A DNA stretch of 63,790 nucleotides, counting the filler, from Lama guanicoe (taxonomy: Eukaryota), in NCBI GenBank assembly GCA_013239625.1. It is 78 parts of 76 records of this genome, joined end to end, with 100 filler letters (N's around TTAATTAATTAA, not from the genome) between each part and the next. Parts side by side here need not be neighbours in the genome. Positions count along the whole stretch, not along the records: positions 1 to 581 come from MU054296.1; positions 682 to 1,456 come from PNXV01006521.1; positions 1,557 to 2,489 come from PNXV01006522.1; positions 2,590 to 3,478 come from PNXV01006528.1; positions 3,579 to 4,265 come from MU054299.1; positions 4,366 to 5,339 come from PNXV01006537.1; positions 5,440 to 6,266 come from MU054302.1; positions 6,367 to 6,958 come from PNXV01006558.1; 70 more parts are not named here. The stretch is one strand, 5' to 3'. The position numbers and the translations under genes are program-made. Below the pieces are notes generated by a model. The model worked only from the letters and a program-made list of their open reading frames with translations. It ran no database searches and was not told the DNA's origin. The number at the start of each line of letters is the position of its first letter. Position 1 is the first letter of the stretch. Positions 1-12,284 of the stretch are shown here, piece by piece.

Positions 1-581
1 AGCTAAGCTTCCTCATGTCCTGCATGTGTCTGTTCTGTGAGGAAACAGAGCTCAGCTGTTTACAAACTGTAGTGACTATGATCAGTCTGAACAGTCTCTC
101 TCCTTCCCTGCCCACACCCCCACAGGGCAACAGGGGGCTCACAACCACAGCGATTCCCATGCCAGCCCATCAGGGAGNNNNNNNNNNNNNNNNNNNNNNN
201 NNNNNNNNNNNNNNNNNNNNNNNNNNNNNNNNNNNNNNNNNNNNNNNNNNNNNNNNNNNNNNNNNNNNNNNNNNNNNNNNNNNNNNNNNNNNNNNNNNNN
301 NNNNNNNNNNNNCTAAGTCCCTGGCACTTTCCCATGAGCACTCATAGAAACAGAACAGGGCCTGGCAGTGGCTGTGGGCCAGGTTCCTGGGTGAGGGGAC
401 TTGCTGGGCCCTTCAGGTTCTGTAGTCTGGCCCAAGATTTGCTCCCAGCACGGTGTCTTCCCATCTGCATGATTTCGTGCAAGGCTTCAACACTTCAGAT
501 CTTCATTTAATCCCTGCTTCATATTTTAAGAATGTTATGTACCAAAAAGTGTGCTTAGGGAATTCAGTGAGTCAATGAATG

Positions 582-681
582 NNNNNNNNNNNNNNNNNNN
601 NNNNNNNNNNNNNNNNNNNNNNNNNTTAATTAATTAANNNNNNNNNNNNNNNNNNNNNNNNNNNNNNNNNNNNNNNNNNNN
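582..681. other. Synthetic 100-bp scaffold-joining linker (44 N + TTAATTAATTAA + 44 N); first of about 77 copies, last at 63402..63501
   Basis: Identical 12-mer at 626, 1501, 2534, 3523 ... 62650, 63446, always centred in N runs (44 N per side where counted). It is palindromic and gives TAA in all six frames. Confidence 0.99.
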
Positions 682-1456
682 ATTCTGTCTTCTGTATTCT
701 ATATTCTAAAATCTGTGTTCTGAATTCCATATTCTATATTCTGGGTTCTTCATCATGTATGTTGCATTCTGTAGTTTTTATTATGTGTTCTGCATTCCAT
801 GTTCTAAATTCTGGGATCTGTATTCTGGATTCTATATTCTATATTATGTTATCTACATTCTAAATTCTGTATTCTGTATTCTATATTCTATATTCTGTGT
901 TCTGCATTCTGTACAATAGACTGTACCTATATTCTGAATTCTGTGTTCTGGATTCCATGTTCTATTTTCTGGGTGCTGTATTCTGCATTTTATATTTTAT
1001 ATTCTGTGTCCTAAATTCTAAATTCTACATTTTATTTCTGTATTTTATATTTTATATTCTGTGTTGTGAAATCCATTTACTAAAACCTGGGTTCTGGTTT
1101 CAGTATTTTATATTCTTTATTCTATGTTCTACATTCCATATTCTGCATTCAATTTCTGTATTATATATTCATAATCTGTGTTCTACATTCCATATTCCAC
1201 ATTCTATTTCTGTATTCTATATTCTATATTCTGTGTTCTGAATTCCAGATTATATTCTGGGTTCTATATTCTGTATTCTATAATTCATATTCTGTGTTCT
1301 GCATTCCATGTTATGAATTCTGTGTTCTGGGTTCAGTATTATATACTCTATATTCTGAGTTCTACATTCAATATTCTACATTTTATTTCTGTATTTTTTA
1401 TTCAATTTTCTGTGTTCTAAATTCCATGTTCTAAATTCTGCATTCTCTTTTCTGTA
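682..1456 (+). repeat. 7-bp-period satellite (TTCTATA/TTCTGTA/TTCTGTG/TTCTAAA/TTCCATG), TTC strand
   Basis: TTC recurs every 7 bp across the whole piece. Confidence 0.97.
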
Positions 1457-1599
1457 NNNNNNNNNNNNNNNNNNNNNNNNNNNNNNNNNNNNNNNNNNNN
1501 TTAATTAATTAANNNNNNNNNNNNNNNNNNNNNNNNNNNNNNNNNNNNNNNNNNNNTCCTGGGCTTGGCCTTTATTGTGTCTCATCTCTTCTGTTGCAA

Positions 1600-2250
1600 G
1601 AGCATCTTAATTGAACATTACCCCTTCTAGTCTATCTAACACCCTATAACTAGAAGAATCTTAAAAAACAAATGCAAATCTTACAAAGTCATTCTTAAAA
1701 CCCTTCAATGATTCCTGTTGCCCCCATAATGATGTCCGACTTGCTGTCATGGTCCCTGTTCTGCCCTGCCTGCGTCGCAAACCACTTGAAACATCTTACT
1801 TTGCTTCACTTCCTCCCCACTTAAAAACACAGCATTCAAGACATGACTGGCCTTCAATTCTTCAAAAGTGCCAATGCTTCCTTTCCTTCTTTGTTTCTTG
1901 AACTTGGTCTTCATTCTGCCTAGGAAGGGGGTCTTCTCATCTTACTTCACTTAGGTAATTCCTACTCAGCCCTGAAGGGTCAGTTTAGTGCTCGCTGTCT
2001 TGGACGCCTTCCTCAGTCCTTCAGCCAGATTAGGTGTCTCCCTTATGGCTTCCATAGGACTCCCGGTCCACTCTCATCATAGTGCTTAAATCACTGAACC
2101 ACAGTTACCTTTTGTTTCTATATTCCCTACCAGACACTTGTGGAAAGTTCTTGCATCTCATTTACTTATTACTGCATCCATCCACAGGACCCCTCTCAAA
2201 ACAAGGCAGAGATTAGAAGCTCCACACAGATTTGTTAAATGCATGCAAGC
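1600..2250 (+). mobile_element. Old L2 LINE 3' region (degenerate)
   Basis: L2-like motifs such as aaaacccttcaatgattcctgttgcc and tcctactcagccctgaagggtcag, ending in tttgttaaatgcatg. Recognised by eye; boundaries approximate. Confidence 0.55.
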
Positions 2251-2279
2251 ATAAATAACATATTAAGAACAGAAATGAT

Positions 2280-2460
2280 TCATTAACAAAAATAAAGCTG
2301 TGTAAAGGGGTAAAGTGGGGAGCAATTTTAGATAAAGTGATCAGGGGAAAAATTATAAGGAGGTGTCATTTGAGCAAAGACTTCAAAGAAGAGAAAAGTG
2401 AACCATATGGATACCTGGGGATAGAGTCGCCCAGGCAGAGGGATTAGGCAGAACTTTTGA
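2280..2460 (-). mobile_element. L2 fragment, antisense
   Basis: gatcaggggaaa...ggaggtgtcatttgagcaaagacttcaaag...ccaggcagaggga is a typical antisense L2 stretch. Confidence 0.55.
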
Positions 2461-4365
2461 AGTTTGAGAAAGTATCATACAGGCTCGTANNNNNNNNNNN
2501 NNNNNNNNNNNNNNNNNNNNNNNNNNNNNNNNNTTAATTAATTAANNNNNNNNNNNNNNNNNNNNNNNNNNNNNNNNNNNNNNNNNNNNGCCTGTCTTTC
2601 CTAGCCACTTGCCACTCTCCCATCCACTTTCTGTTTTCATATGACGTGGTTCAGGATTCTTAATGTCTCCAAGTTTAGTTGAAGATAGAATTTGGGCTTC
2701 TGTTTCTGATTCTCCTTGTCATTTTGGAGGTGATATTTTGAGAGAAAAAGGGGACAGAAAGGGCTGTACTCCACTATCTCGTGACCAGAAGTCTGAGATG
2801 TCCTCCTGAGGTGGACAGAAGTGCCGTCTGTGCCTGAAACTCCTGCTCCTGCTGACAAAGAGGGAGCGGGTCACCTGTAGGAAGAAGGTGAGCAGGGGAG
2901 GAGAGGAGCTTCAGGAGCTTAGAAGAGCTGCTGCGGGGATGTGATTGGCGCCTCCCAGAGATAACAAGGATTGCTGGGCCCCAGTGAGGCCTAGCTGAGG
3001 TGAGACAGTGAGAATCCGTGGTGAGGACACAGGGAACCGGGTGGGAGGTACGGAGAGGCAGAGAGTAACCCCCAGCTCGGAGAGAGCGAGACAGGTGGGG
3101 GACATTCTAGAATGGGGCAGGGCTAAAGTGGCTGGCTTTGGAGCAGCACATTTGCCACAAGGCAGAAGAGAATGAGGCAATATTGATAACGACTAACGGG
3201 ATGTCCATTATGTGCCAGGGACTGGACCAAGTTCTTCAAAGCAGGCTCAGTGGGAGTGGGCAGCCGAGAAGAGGTGAGGTCGGAAAGGAGTTTAAGGTCA
3301 GAGACAGAAGGTGTGAGTCGCAGGTTTGAGGATGGGGCAGGTCTGAGAGACTGTGGAGTCTTGGGTCAGAGATGGGAGAGCCACTCAAGTGCAGAACCAC
3401 AAAGCAGCATGTCCCTGAGGTGGGTGAGCCATGGGGGAAATGGCTATGTGATTGCTCAAGTCTACTGCAGGAAAGGCANNNNNNNNNNNNNNNNNNNNNN
3501 NNNNNNNNNNNNNNNNNNNNNNTTAATTAATTAANNNNNNNNNNNNNNNNNNNNNNNNNNNNNNNNNNNNNNNNNNNNGACACTGTGAATATTAGGTTAC
3601 GAGATTCTTGATCTTGTGTAAATCCTAAGGAGTATTTTGCCAATTTTCTTACAGCAGGCATTCTACTGGCAGCCACCTCAGCCATCGTCTTCATGGTGGG
3701 CTGGGACAAGGGAGGATGGTGGATGGCGGAGGGGAGGGGTGACTCTTGGGGGCTTTATTTGCATATCTGAGCCCTGGAGGTACCAGGAACTGTCCACAGA
3801 GCAGAGATCCAGGAATCCTGGTGGGGTCCCATGGGAGGCGGGGAAACCAGCCAATGCAGCACAGGAGAGAGACACGGCGCTTGCTCGTTACTGCTCGCCT
3901 CCCATCGTCCCTCGTCGTGTAGACAGTGCAGCGCATTCTGGGTGCCAAATGGTGCGCCAAGCGTTTCACTGTCTGGCCTGTTTCTACTCAGCTACAATCA
4001 GCTGGTAGGTCCACAGATCCGTCCTGCCGGGAGTTTAAGTGTGCGGGCGTCTAAGAGGGAGCCAGCGGGCTTCGGGCGGTGTGATCTGTGGCCTTGGAGG
4101 AGAAGGGTCCTCGAGGTCATTGTCCTTCTCACAGGTGTAGAGTCGGGTGGGGGTGAGTCTTGGGGTCATTATTTGAAGCATCTGGGTCCCAGAGGCCCTA
4201 AAACTGTGGACACAGCAAGAATCTGAAGTAGGCAGTGGGACCCCAGACAGGGGGCAGTGCAGTGGNNNNNNNNNNNNNNNNNNNNNNNNNNNNNNNNNNN
4301 NNNNNNNNNTTAATTAATTAANNNNNNNNNNNNNNNNNNNNNNNNNNNNNNNNNNNNNNNNNNNN

Positions 4366-5339
4366 GAATACAGAATGATGAATACAGAATATAGAATATA
4401 GAATGAAGAACACATAATATAAAATACAGAATACGGAATGTAGAATATAGAATACAGAATATAGAATTTAGAAGACAGAATATAGAAAATGGAAAACAGA
4501 ATACAGATCCCAGAATTTAGAATATGGAATGCAGAAGACAGAATTTAGAATACATAATACAGAATTCTGAATATATAACTTAGAATACAGAATGTAGAGC
4601 ACAGCATATTGAATATAGAATAGAGAATATAGAACCTATAAATTTCAAAATGGAATGCAGAACACAGAATTAAGAATATAGAATACTGAATACTGAATAT
4701 AGAAATTAGAACATAAAATGTAGAACACAGAATATAGAATATAGAATACAGAATACTGAATATAGTATTTTGAATAAAGACTGTAGAACACAGAATATAG
4801 AATATAGAATAGAGAATAGAGAACACAGAATTTAGAACACGGATTGAAGAACACACAATTTAGAATACAGAATACAGAATACTGAATATAGAATTTACAG
4901 CATAGAATGTAGAACACAGAAAATAGAATATAGAGAACGGAATGCAGAATATAGAATTTAGAATATAGAATGAAGAACACAATATAAAGAATATAGCATA
5001 GAGAATATAGAACGCAGAAGAATTAAGAACATGGGATGCAGAACACAGAATTTAGAATATAGAATACAGAATACTGAATATAGTGTTTAGAATATAGAAT
5101 GTAGAACACAGAGTATAGAATATACAATACTGAATACGGATAAATGATTTAGAATATAGAATGTAGAACACAGAATAAAGAATATACAATACAGAATGCA
5201 GATTATAGAATAAAGAATATTGAATGTAGTAAACAGGATAGAGAATATGGAAAATAGAATACAGAAGCCAGTATTTAGAACATACAATGCAGAACACAGA
5301 ATTCATAATATAGAATACAGAATACTGAATAAAGAATTT
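4366..5339 (-). repeat. 7-bp-period satellite, GAA strand
   Basis: Phased array of TATAGAA/TACAGAA/CACAGAA/TTTAGAA; reverse complement of the 682..1456 family. Confidence 0.97.
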
Positions 5340-5439
5340 NNNNNNNNNNNNNNNNNNNNNNNNNNNNNNNNNNNNNNNNNNNNTTAATTAATTAANNNNN
5401 NNNNNNNNNNNNNNNNNNNNNNNNNNNNNNNNNNNNNNN

Positions 5440-6266
5440 TAGAATTTAGAACACAGAGTAAAGAATATAGAGTATAGTATATAGAACCTAGAACTTAGAA
5501 CATGGAATGCCCAACACAGAATTTAGAATATAGAAAACAGAATACTGAAAATAGAATTTAGATTATAGAATGTAGGACACAGAATATAGAATGTAGAATA
5601 CGGAATGCAAAACATAGTATACACAATATAGTATTTAGAACACAGAATGTAGAATATTGAAAACAGAATATAGATCCCAGGATTTAGAACATGGAATGAA
5701 GAACACAGAATTTGGAATATAAAATANNNNNNNNNNNNNNNNNNNNNNNNNNNNNNNNNNNNNNNNNNNNNNNNNNNNNNNNNNNNNNNNNNNNNNNNNN
5801 NNNNNNNNNNNNNNNNNNNNNNNNNNNNNNNNNNNNNNNNNNNNNNNNNNNNNNNNNNNNNNNNNNNNNNNNNNNNNNNNNNNNNNNNNNNNNNNNNNNN
5901 NNNNNNNNNNNNNNNNNNNNNNNNNNNNNNNNNNNNNNNNNNNNNNNNNNNNNNNNNNNNNNNNNNNNNNNNNNNNNNNNNNNNNNNNNNNNNNNNNNNN
6001 NNNNNNNNNNNNNNNNNNNNNNNNNNNNNNNNNNNNNNNNNNNNNNNNNNNNNNNNNNNNNNNNNNNNNNNNNNNNNNNNNNNNNNNNNNNNNNNNNNNN
6101 NNNNNNNNNNNNNNNNNNNNNNNNNNNNNNNNNNNNNNNNNNNNNATAAGGAATGTATAGAATACAGAATATAAATTTAGAACACAGAATATAGAATATG
6201 GAAAACAGAATATAGAACTCAGAATTTAAAACATGGAATTAAGAACACAGAATTTAGAATATAGAA
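5440..6266 (-). repeat. 7-bp-period satellite, GAA strand (internal gap 5727..6145)
   Basis: Same heptamer words on both sides of the gap. Confidence 0.96.
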
Positions 6267-6366
6267 NNNNNNNNNNNNNNNNNNNNNNNNNNNNNNNNNN
6301 NNNNNNNNNNTTAATTAATTAANNNNNNNNNNNNNNNNNNNNNNNNNNNNNNNNNNNNNNNNNNNN

Positions 6367-6525
6367 CCTTGGAGAATTGCTTGTTTAGGTCTTCTGCCCA
6401 TTTTTGCATTGGGTTATTTTTTTTATTATTGAGTCATATGAGCTGCTTATATATTCTGGAGATCAAGCCTTTGTTGGTTTCATTTGCAAAAATTTTCTCC
6501 CATTCCATAGGTTATCTTCTTGTTT
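6367..6525 (-). mobile_element. L1 ORF2 C-terminal region fragment, antisense
   Basis: ttggagaattgcttgtttaggtcttctgcccatttt...tatattctggagatcaagcc...ttttctcccattccataggtt is canonical antisense L1 ORF2 sequence. Confidence 0.85.
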
Positions 6526-7596
6526 TAGTTCTGGTAACATTGCCTTTTATACTGGGTCTTTCAATCTGTAAATTTAACTCTCTCATCAGGTTGCAGTTTT
6601 TTCTATTTTATATTTCAAATATTGATGTGGTTTACATGTAGTGCTTTAGAATGTCATTTGGAGTTCTAATATGGCATTTTTTTTTTTGCTTTTTTAAAAT
6701 AATCTGTAAACCTTCCATATCTCTCTATTGTATGACCATTCCATGTTTCCTACTTATAAATCCATGTTGTTTTTCCTTTGTTGAATTAAATATTCCTTCA
6801 AAAGGGAAAAAAAGATGTTGTGTAAGTTTTATTCCAGTCTCTTGTGGCATGCAGGATTTAGAAACAGACTTTTAATACTTCTTCAAAAACCCATGAATTA
6901 ATTTTATTCTTAAAAGCTATTGACTTTTTAAATAGGACCAATTATTTGCTTAATGTTTNNNNNNNNNNNNNNNNNNNNNNNNNNNNNNNNNNNNNNNNNN
7001 NNTTAATTAATTAANNNNNNNNNNNNNNNNNNNNNNNNNNNNNNNNNNNNNNNNNNNNTCTGAGCTCAGAAAATCCCACTGCTATTTTTCTCTCTCAACC
7101 CACTGGGTTTTTCTTTAAAAGAAAAAAAGACAATCCAACAACAACAAAAACATGTATTCATTCCTTATTTCATGCTTTCCCTCAGTCACTGCCTTTGGTC
7201 TTCTGTTGTGCCTTAACTGTCCATCTCTACTCGACTTCCTTACCCCTTCCTCCCAACCTCTTTCATCTCATTTTTACTGTTTCTTAGCATATGTTTATTT
7301 GATTTCATTTTCTTTTATACCACTGTACTTTTTACTTTATTTTTACTCTGGTTAGCCTCATGGGTTTTTACTTTTCAATTTCCCAGGCCAGCAATCTTTT
7401 GCAGCCCTCATTCCATTATTTGAGGCTTCTATTCATTTATCCTTTGATTTTCTCCACCTTGGGGGCTGGGCAAGTGAAACTGAAGGTGCCCTCCAGGCAC
7501 CAGCCTTGTGGCAGCCTCCAAGGCAGGACCCACTGGTAGGCCCAACCCCCTGGCCACACCCCGCCTCCTCAGGTACTCTTTCAACTTCATTGACAA

Positions 7597-7656
7597 TGTA
7601 ACAGAGAAGAACAAATCTGAATCTATATTGGATCTGTTCGTTTAGTTTTAACCACT
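7597..7656 (+). mobile_element. Probable 5' start of an ERV1 (MER41-like) LTR
   Basis: Begins TGTAACAGAG...aacaaatctgaatctatattggatctgtt and runs to the piece end. The TG start and this motif resemble laurasiatherian ERV1 LTR 5' ends. Confidence 0.45.
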
Positions 7657-7756
7657 NNNNNNNNNNNNNNNNNNNNNNNNNNNNNNNNNNNNNNNNNNNN
7701 TTAATTAATTAANNNNNNNNNNNNNNNNNNNNNNNNNNNNNNNNNNNNNNNNNNNN

Positions 7757-8654
7757 ATCTCTGTGCCAGGGAATGCTAGGAGGGATTGCAGGAAGTCCCA
7801 GGGACCGAGACTGCCTCCCCAAGGTCAGAGATGGTATTTCTCGTACTTCCGCGAACAGGGAACACCTGTGAGTGAAGAGAGCTGCGTAGAGTTGTCTCTC
7901 CACCTCGCCGACGCACTGACTATGTTTCCGGAATCCTGAGCTTGGGGAGGTTCCACCAACGGTCGGCAGCGAGTGTGTCCTAACGGAATTGCAAAGCTCA
8001 TCTGCCCTGAGGATTTTCCTAATGTCTCTGTGCCATGGAATGCTAGGGGTGTTTGCAGGAAGTCCCAGGGACAGAGGCTGCCTCCCCAAGGTCAGAGAAT
8101 GTATTTCTCGAACTTTCCCTAACAGGGAACACCTGTGACTGAAGAGAGCTGTGTGGAGTTGTCTCTCGAGCTCCCCCACGCACTGACAATTGTTCCGGAA
8201 TCCTGAGCGTGGGGAGGTTCCACCAACGGTCGGCAGCGCGTGGGTTCTAACAGAATGCCTAAGCTNNNNNNNNNNNNNNNNNNNNNNNNNNNNNNNNNNN
8301 NNNNNNNNNNNNNNNNNNNNNNNNNNNNNNNNNNNNNNNNNNNNNNNNNNNNNNNNNNNNNNNNNNNNNNNNNNNNNNNNNNNNNNNNNNNNNNNNNNNN
8401 NNNNNNNNNNNNNNNNNNNNNNNNNNNNNNNNNNNNNNNNNNNNNNACTGACAATGGGAATCCTGAGCGTGGGGAGGTTCCACCAACGGTCGGCAGCGCG
8501 TGGGTTCTAACGGAATGATTAAGCTCGACACCCCTGAGGGTTTTCCTAATGTCTCTGGGCCAGGAAATGCTAGGGGTGTTTGCAGGAATTCCCAGGGATA
8601 GAGGCGCCACCCCAAGGTCAGAGAAGGTATTTCTCGGACTTCCCCGAACAGGGA
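7757..8654 (-). repeat. 266-267-bp GC-rich satellite, tandem monomers (gap 8266..8446)
   Basis: Recurrent block cctgagcgtggggaggttccaccaacggtcggcagc...gggaacacctgtgactgaagagagctg; same family as 12285, 15539 and 60638. Confidence 0.95.
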
Positions 8655-8754
8655 NNNNNNNNNNNNNNNNNNNNNNNNNNNNNNNNNNNNNNNNNNNNTT
8701 AATTAATTAANNNNNNNNNNNNNNNNNNNNNNNNNNNNNNNNNNNNNNNNNNNN

Positions 8755-8969
8755 ATGGCCTTTGTTTTAAAGTCTATTTTGTCTGAAATCAGTACTGCAA
8801 TACTTGCTTTTGGCTTTTCCATTTGCATGGAATATCCTTTTCCATCCTTTCACTCTCAATCTATATGTGTCCTTCTCCCTAAAGTGGGTCTCTTGTATGC
8901 AGCATATTGAAGGTTCTTGCTTTATTATCCACTCTGCCACTCTATGTCTTTTGACTGGAGCATTTAGTC
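8755..8969 (-). mobile_element. L1 ORF2 endonuclease-domain fragment
   Basis: Translates to LNAPVKRHRVAEWIIKQEPSICCIQETHFREKDTYRLRVKGWKRIFHANG, the N-terminal APE-type endonuclease of L1 ORF2 (QETH motif). Confidence 0.95.
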
Positions 8970-9659
8970 NNNNNNNNNNNNNNNNNNNNNNNNNNNNNNN
9001 NNNNNNNNNNNNNNNNNNNNNNNNNNNNNNNNNNNNNNNNNNNNNNNNNNNNNNNNNNNNNNNNNNNNNNNNNNNNNNNNNNNNNNNNNNNNNNNNNNNN
9101 NNNNNNNNNNNNNNNNNNNNNNNNNNNNNNNNNNNNNNNNNNNNNNNNNNNNNNNNNNNNNNNNNNNNNNNNNNNNNNNNNNNNNNNNNNNNNNNNNNNN
9201 NNNNNNNNNNNNNNNNNNNNNNNNNNNNNNNNNNNNNNNNNNNNNNNNNNNNNNNNNNNNNNNNNNNNNNNNNNNNNNNNNNNNNNNNNNNNNNNNNNNN
9301 NNNNNNNNNNNNNNNNNNNNNNNNNNNNNNNNNNNNNNNNNNNNNNNNNNNNNNNNNNNNNNNNNNNNNNNNNNNNNNNNNNNNNNNNNNNNNNNNNNNN
9401 NNNNNNNNNNNNNNNNNNNNNNNNNNNNNNNNNNNNNNNNNNNNNNNNNNNNNNNNNNNNNNNNNNNNNNNNNNNNNNNNNNNNNNNNNNNNNNNNNNNN
9501 NNNNNNNNNNNNNNNNNNNNNNNNNNNNNNNNNNNNNNNNNNNNNNNNNNNNNNNNNNNNNNNNNNNNNNNNNNNNNNNNNNNNNNNNNNNNNNNNNNNN
9601 NNNNNNNNNNNNNNNNNNNNNNNNNNNNNNNNNNNNNNNNNNNNNNNNNNNNNNNNNNN

Positions 9660-9964
9660 TTGCTGCCTTTAGAATCATTTCTTTATCCTTGACTCTGGCC
9701 TTCTTGATTATGATATGTCTTGGTGTGGGTCTATTTGGGTTCTTCCTGTTTGGGACGCTCTGAGCTTCCTGTACTTGTATATCTGATTCCTTCTTTAAGT
9801 TTGGGAAGTTTTCAGTGATGATTTCTTCAAAAACCTTTTCAATCCCCTTTGATTATTCTTCCCCTTCTGGGACCCCTATTATGCAAAGATGGGACGCTTT
9901 ATATTATCCCATAGTTCCCTTATGCTATTTTCATTATTTTTTATTTGCTTATCTTGTAGTTCTT
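9660..9964 (-). mobile_element. L1 ORF1 fragment, probably the same element as 8755..8969 across the scaffold gap
   Basis: Antisense ORF1 sequence (tgctgcctttagaatcatttctttatccttgac...gggaagttttcagtgatgatttcttc). Orientation and spacing fit ORF1 upstream of ORF2. Confidence 0.9.
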
Positions 9965-10084
9965 NNNNNNNNNNNNNNNNNNNNNNNNNNNNNNNNNNNN
10001 NNNNNNNNTTAATTAATTAANNNNNNNNNNNNNNNNNNNNNNNNNNNNNNNNNNNNNNNNNNNNCCCTTTGAGCACCACCCCGT

Positions 10085-10480
10085 CATTCATTTATTCATA
10101 ACACACGCAATTCTGAGTGTCTAGGGGAGAGGGGGTGGACCCACAGTAGTAAGCAAAATGTACTTGCTTCTTGAGAGCTTAGTAGTGTCAGAAGTTGACT
10201 AAGTGTAGATTGTTCTAGGAACACAGCAGGGCACCTAACCCAAAGTGCGGAGATTGGAGGGAAGGAAGGCTTCCTTGACAAACAGTCAAAATGAGCCTGG
10301 AGGCAAGTGGGAAGTAGCAGCAGGTCACGAGGTCCCTGAGGTCACTGGGGACCTGGGTTCTGAGGTGAGGCTGGGCAAGCAGGGTCGGGGATCGGGCTGG
10401 AACTCTACCCGGGAGCCTCTGAAGGGTTTGAAGTGGGGTGATGTAATCAAATTTGTGCTTTGGGAAGGCTGCCTTGGCTC
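10085..10480 (-). mobile_element. L2 3' fragment, antisense
   Basis: Starts cattcatttattcataac (the L2 tail in antisense) and contains gaaggcttccttgac and gggagcctctgaagggtttgaagtggggtgatgtaatcaaatttgtgctt. Confidence 0.65.
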
Positions 10481-10521
10481 TGTGTGTGTGTGTGTGTGTG
10501 CACGCGCGCACGCGTGTGTGT
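10481..10521. repeat. (TG)n / (CG)n compound microsatellite
   Basis: tgtgtgtgtgtgtgtgtgtgcacgcgcgcacgcgtgtgtgt. Confidence 0.9.
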
Positions 10522-11329
10522 AGCAGGGAAGAGGGGGAGGGTGCCACCAACTGGGAGGGTCATTAGAAAACCATTCACAGGCTGGGAGGTGACCAGTGGG
10601 AAAGGGGCATCGGGGCTGCTTGGGGACTTCAGGGGCAGNNNNNNNNNNNNNNNNNNNNNNNNNNNNNNNNNNNNNNNNNNNNNNNNNNNNNNNNNNNNNN
10701 NNNNNNNNNNNNNNNNNNNNNNNNNNNNNNNNNNNNNNNNNNNNNNNNNNNNNNNNNNNNNNNNNNNNNNNNNNNNNNNNNNNNNNNNNNNNNNNNNNNN
10801 NNNNNNNNNNNNNNNNNNNNNNNNNNNNNNNNNNNNNNNNNNNNNNNNNNNNNNNNNNNNNNNNNNNNNNNNNNNNNNNNNNNNNNNNNNNNNNNNNNNN
10901 NNNNNNNNNNNNNNNNNNNNNNNNNNNNNNNNNNNNNNNNNNNNNNNNNNNNNNNNNNNNNNNNNNNNNNNNNNNNNNNNNNNNNNNNNNNNNNNNNNNN
11001 NNNNNNNAAATCTTATCAGAAATTTAATATTCAAAAAATTGGAATATTTAAAAAAGATAAAGTAAGGCTTTGGTGTAGTTTCTTTGGTTTTCTGAGTTGA
11101 TGTGNNNNNNNNNNNNNNNNNNNNNNNNNNNNNNNNNNNNNNNNNNNNTTAATTAATTAANNNNNNNNNNNNNNNNNNNNNNNNNNNNNNNNNNNNNNNN
11201 NNNNTAACCAACATTGACAAACGGTGGCACACATTGCATTTAAGAGCTGGCCGACTGTAAACTTGTGTATTGGATAGGTGGATTTCATAGGCAAGTGGTC
11301 AGGTGGATGGGAGAGAGATGGAGCCAAGG

Positions 11330-11522
11330 CCTGGGCCCAGATTCCGGTTTAAATCGCCATTTCATCACCATAGGGCTTTGGACTAGAATGTAACCTCTCT
11401 TATCCTGTTGGTGAATATGTGAAATGGGCGCGATAATATTCGTTTCTTCCTGGGATTGTTGTAAATTCTAAAGAGTATTATAGCACACATGAAGCACTTA
11501 ACACACTTGCACTAAGCAGTGT
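11330..11522 (+). mobile_element. MIR SINE
   Basis: MIR core-like: taacctctct...tgtgaaatgggcgcgataata...gggattgttgtaaattctaaa...atgaagcacttaacaca. Confidence 0.65.
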
Positions 11523-12284
11523 TCACTGTGTGGCCGCCACGCTTGGCGTGTGTCAGAGCCGGAAAGGCAGCATATGTCTATTGAGGACGCACTGGTAGCC
11601 CCTTGGCTAGGTTGTGAATTTGGTGATTTCCTTTAATCCTTGAAACTCTACGTGACATGGGCAGTTATTTTCATGGACAGATGATGAATCTCAGGGTAAA
11701 AANNNNNNNNNNNNNNNNNNNNNNNNNNNNNNNNNNNNNNNNNNNNNNNNNNNNNNNNNNNNNNNNNNNNNNNNNNNNNNNNNNNNNNNNNNNNNNNNNN
11801 NNNNNNNNNNNNNNNNNNNNNNNNNNNNNNNNCAGCAGGCGGAAGACACACCTGGCCCTGCGTTTCTTGAACAAAAACTCCGGAGGAGAGGCAGTTAGAA
11901 AAGTGATAAACATAAAAACAGATGACTGCAAACTGTGATCAGCTCTGAAAAGGAAAGGAACACGTCTCACTGTGCAGAGCTGGGAGCTTTCCCGTCGGGG
12001 CTGCTCTGGGGGCATTCATTTCAGCTAAACAAACTCTGCTGCTGCACCAAGGCAGGAAGGCAGGGCGCGTGTGGCCAGGTAGACAGGACCTTGTTAATCA
12101 TACTCATTCCACATTAAGTGGCAGCTTTCACGGGTAATTACCTAGTAAACACATGTCGGCCATAATCATCACGCACTTTGCTTGNNNNNNNNNNNNNNNN
12201 NNNNNNNNNNNNNNNNNNNNNNNNNNNNTTAATTAATTAANNNNNNNNNNNNNNNNNNNNNNNNNNNNNNNNNNNNNNNNNNNN

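Noticed and set aside
682..1456. Heat-shock elements in the GAA/TTC satellite
   Set aside because: HSEs need alternating-orientation nGAAn units at 5-bp spacing; here the units are direct repeats at 7-bp spacing.
3750..3770. Immunoglobulin V-gene promoter from the octamer ATTTGCAT
   Set aside because: No leader exon, V exon or recombination signal on either strand.
8631..8654. CENP-B-box-like motif in the 266-bp satellite (minus strand TTCGGGGAAGTCCGA; also TTCGTGGAAGTGCGA near 12323)
   Set aside because: TTCG and the central A match but the required CGGG does not, and most monomers lack the TTCG.
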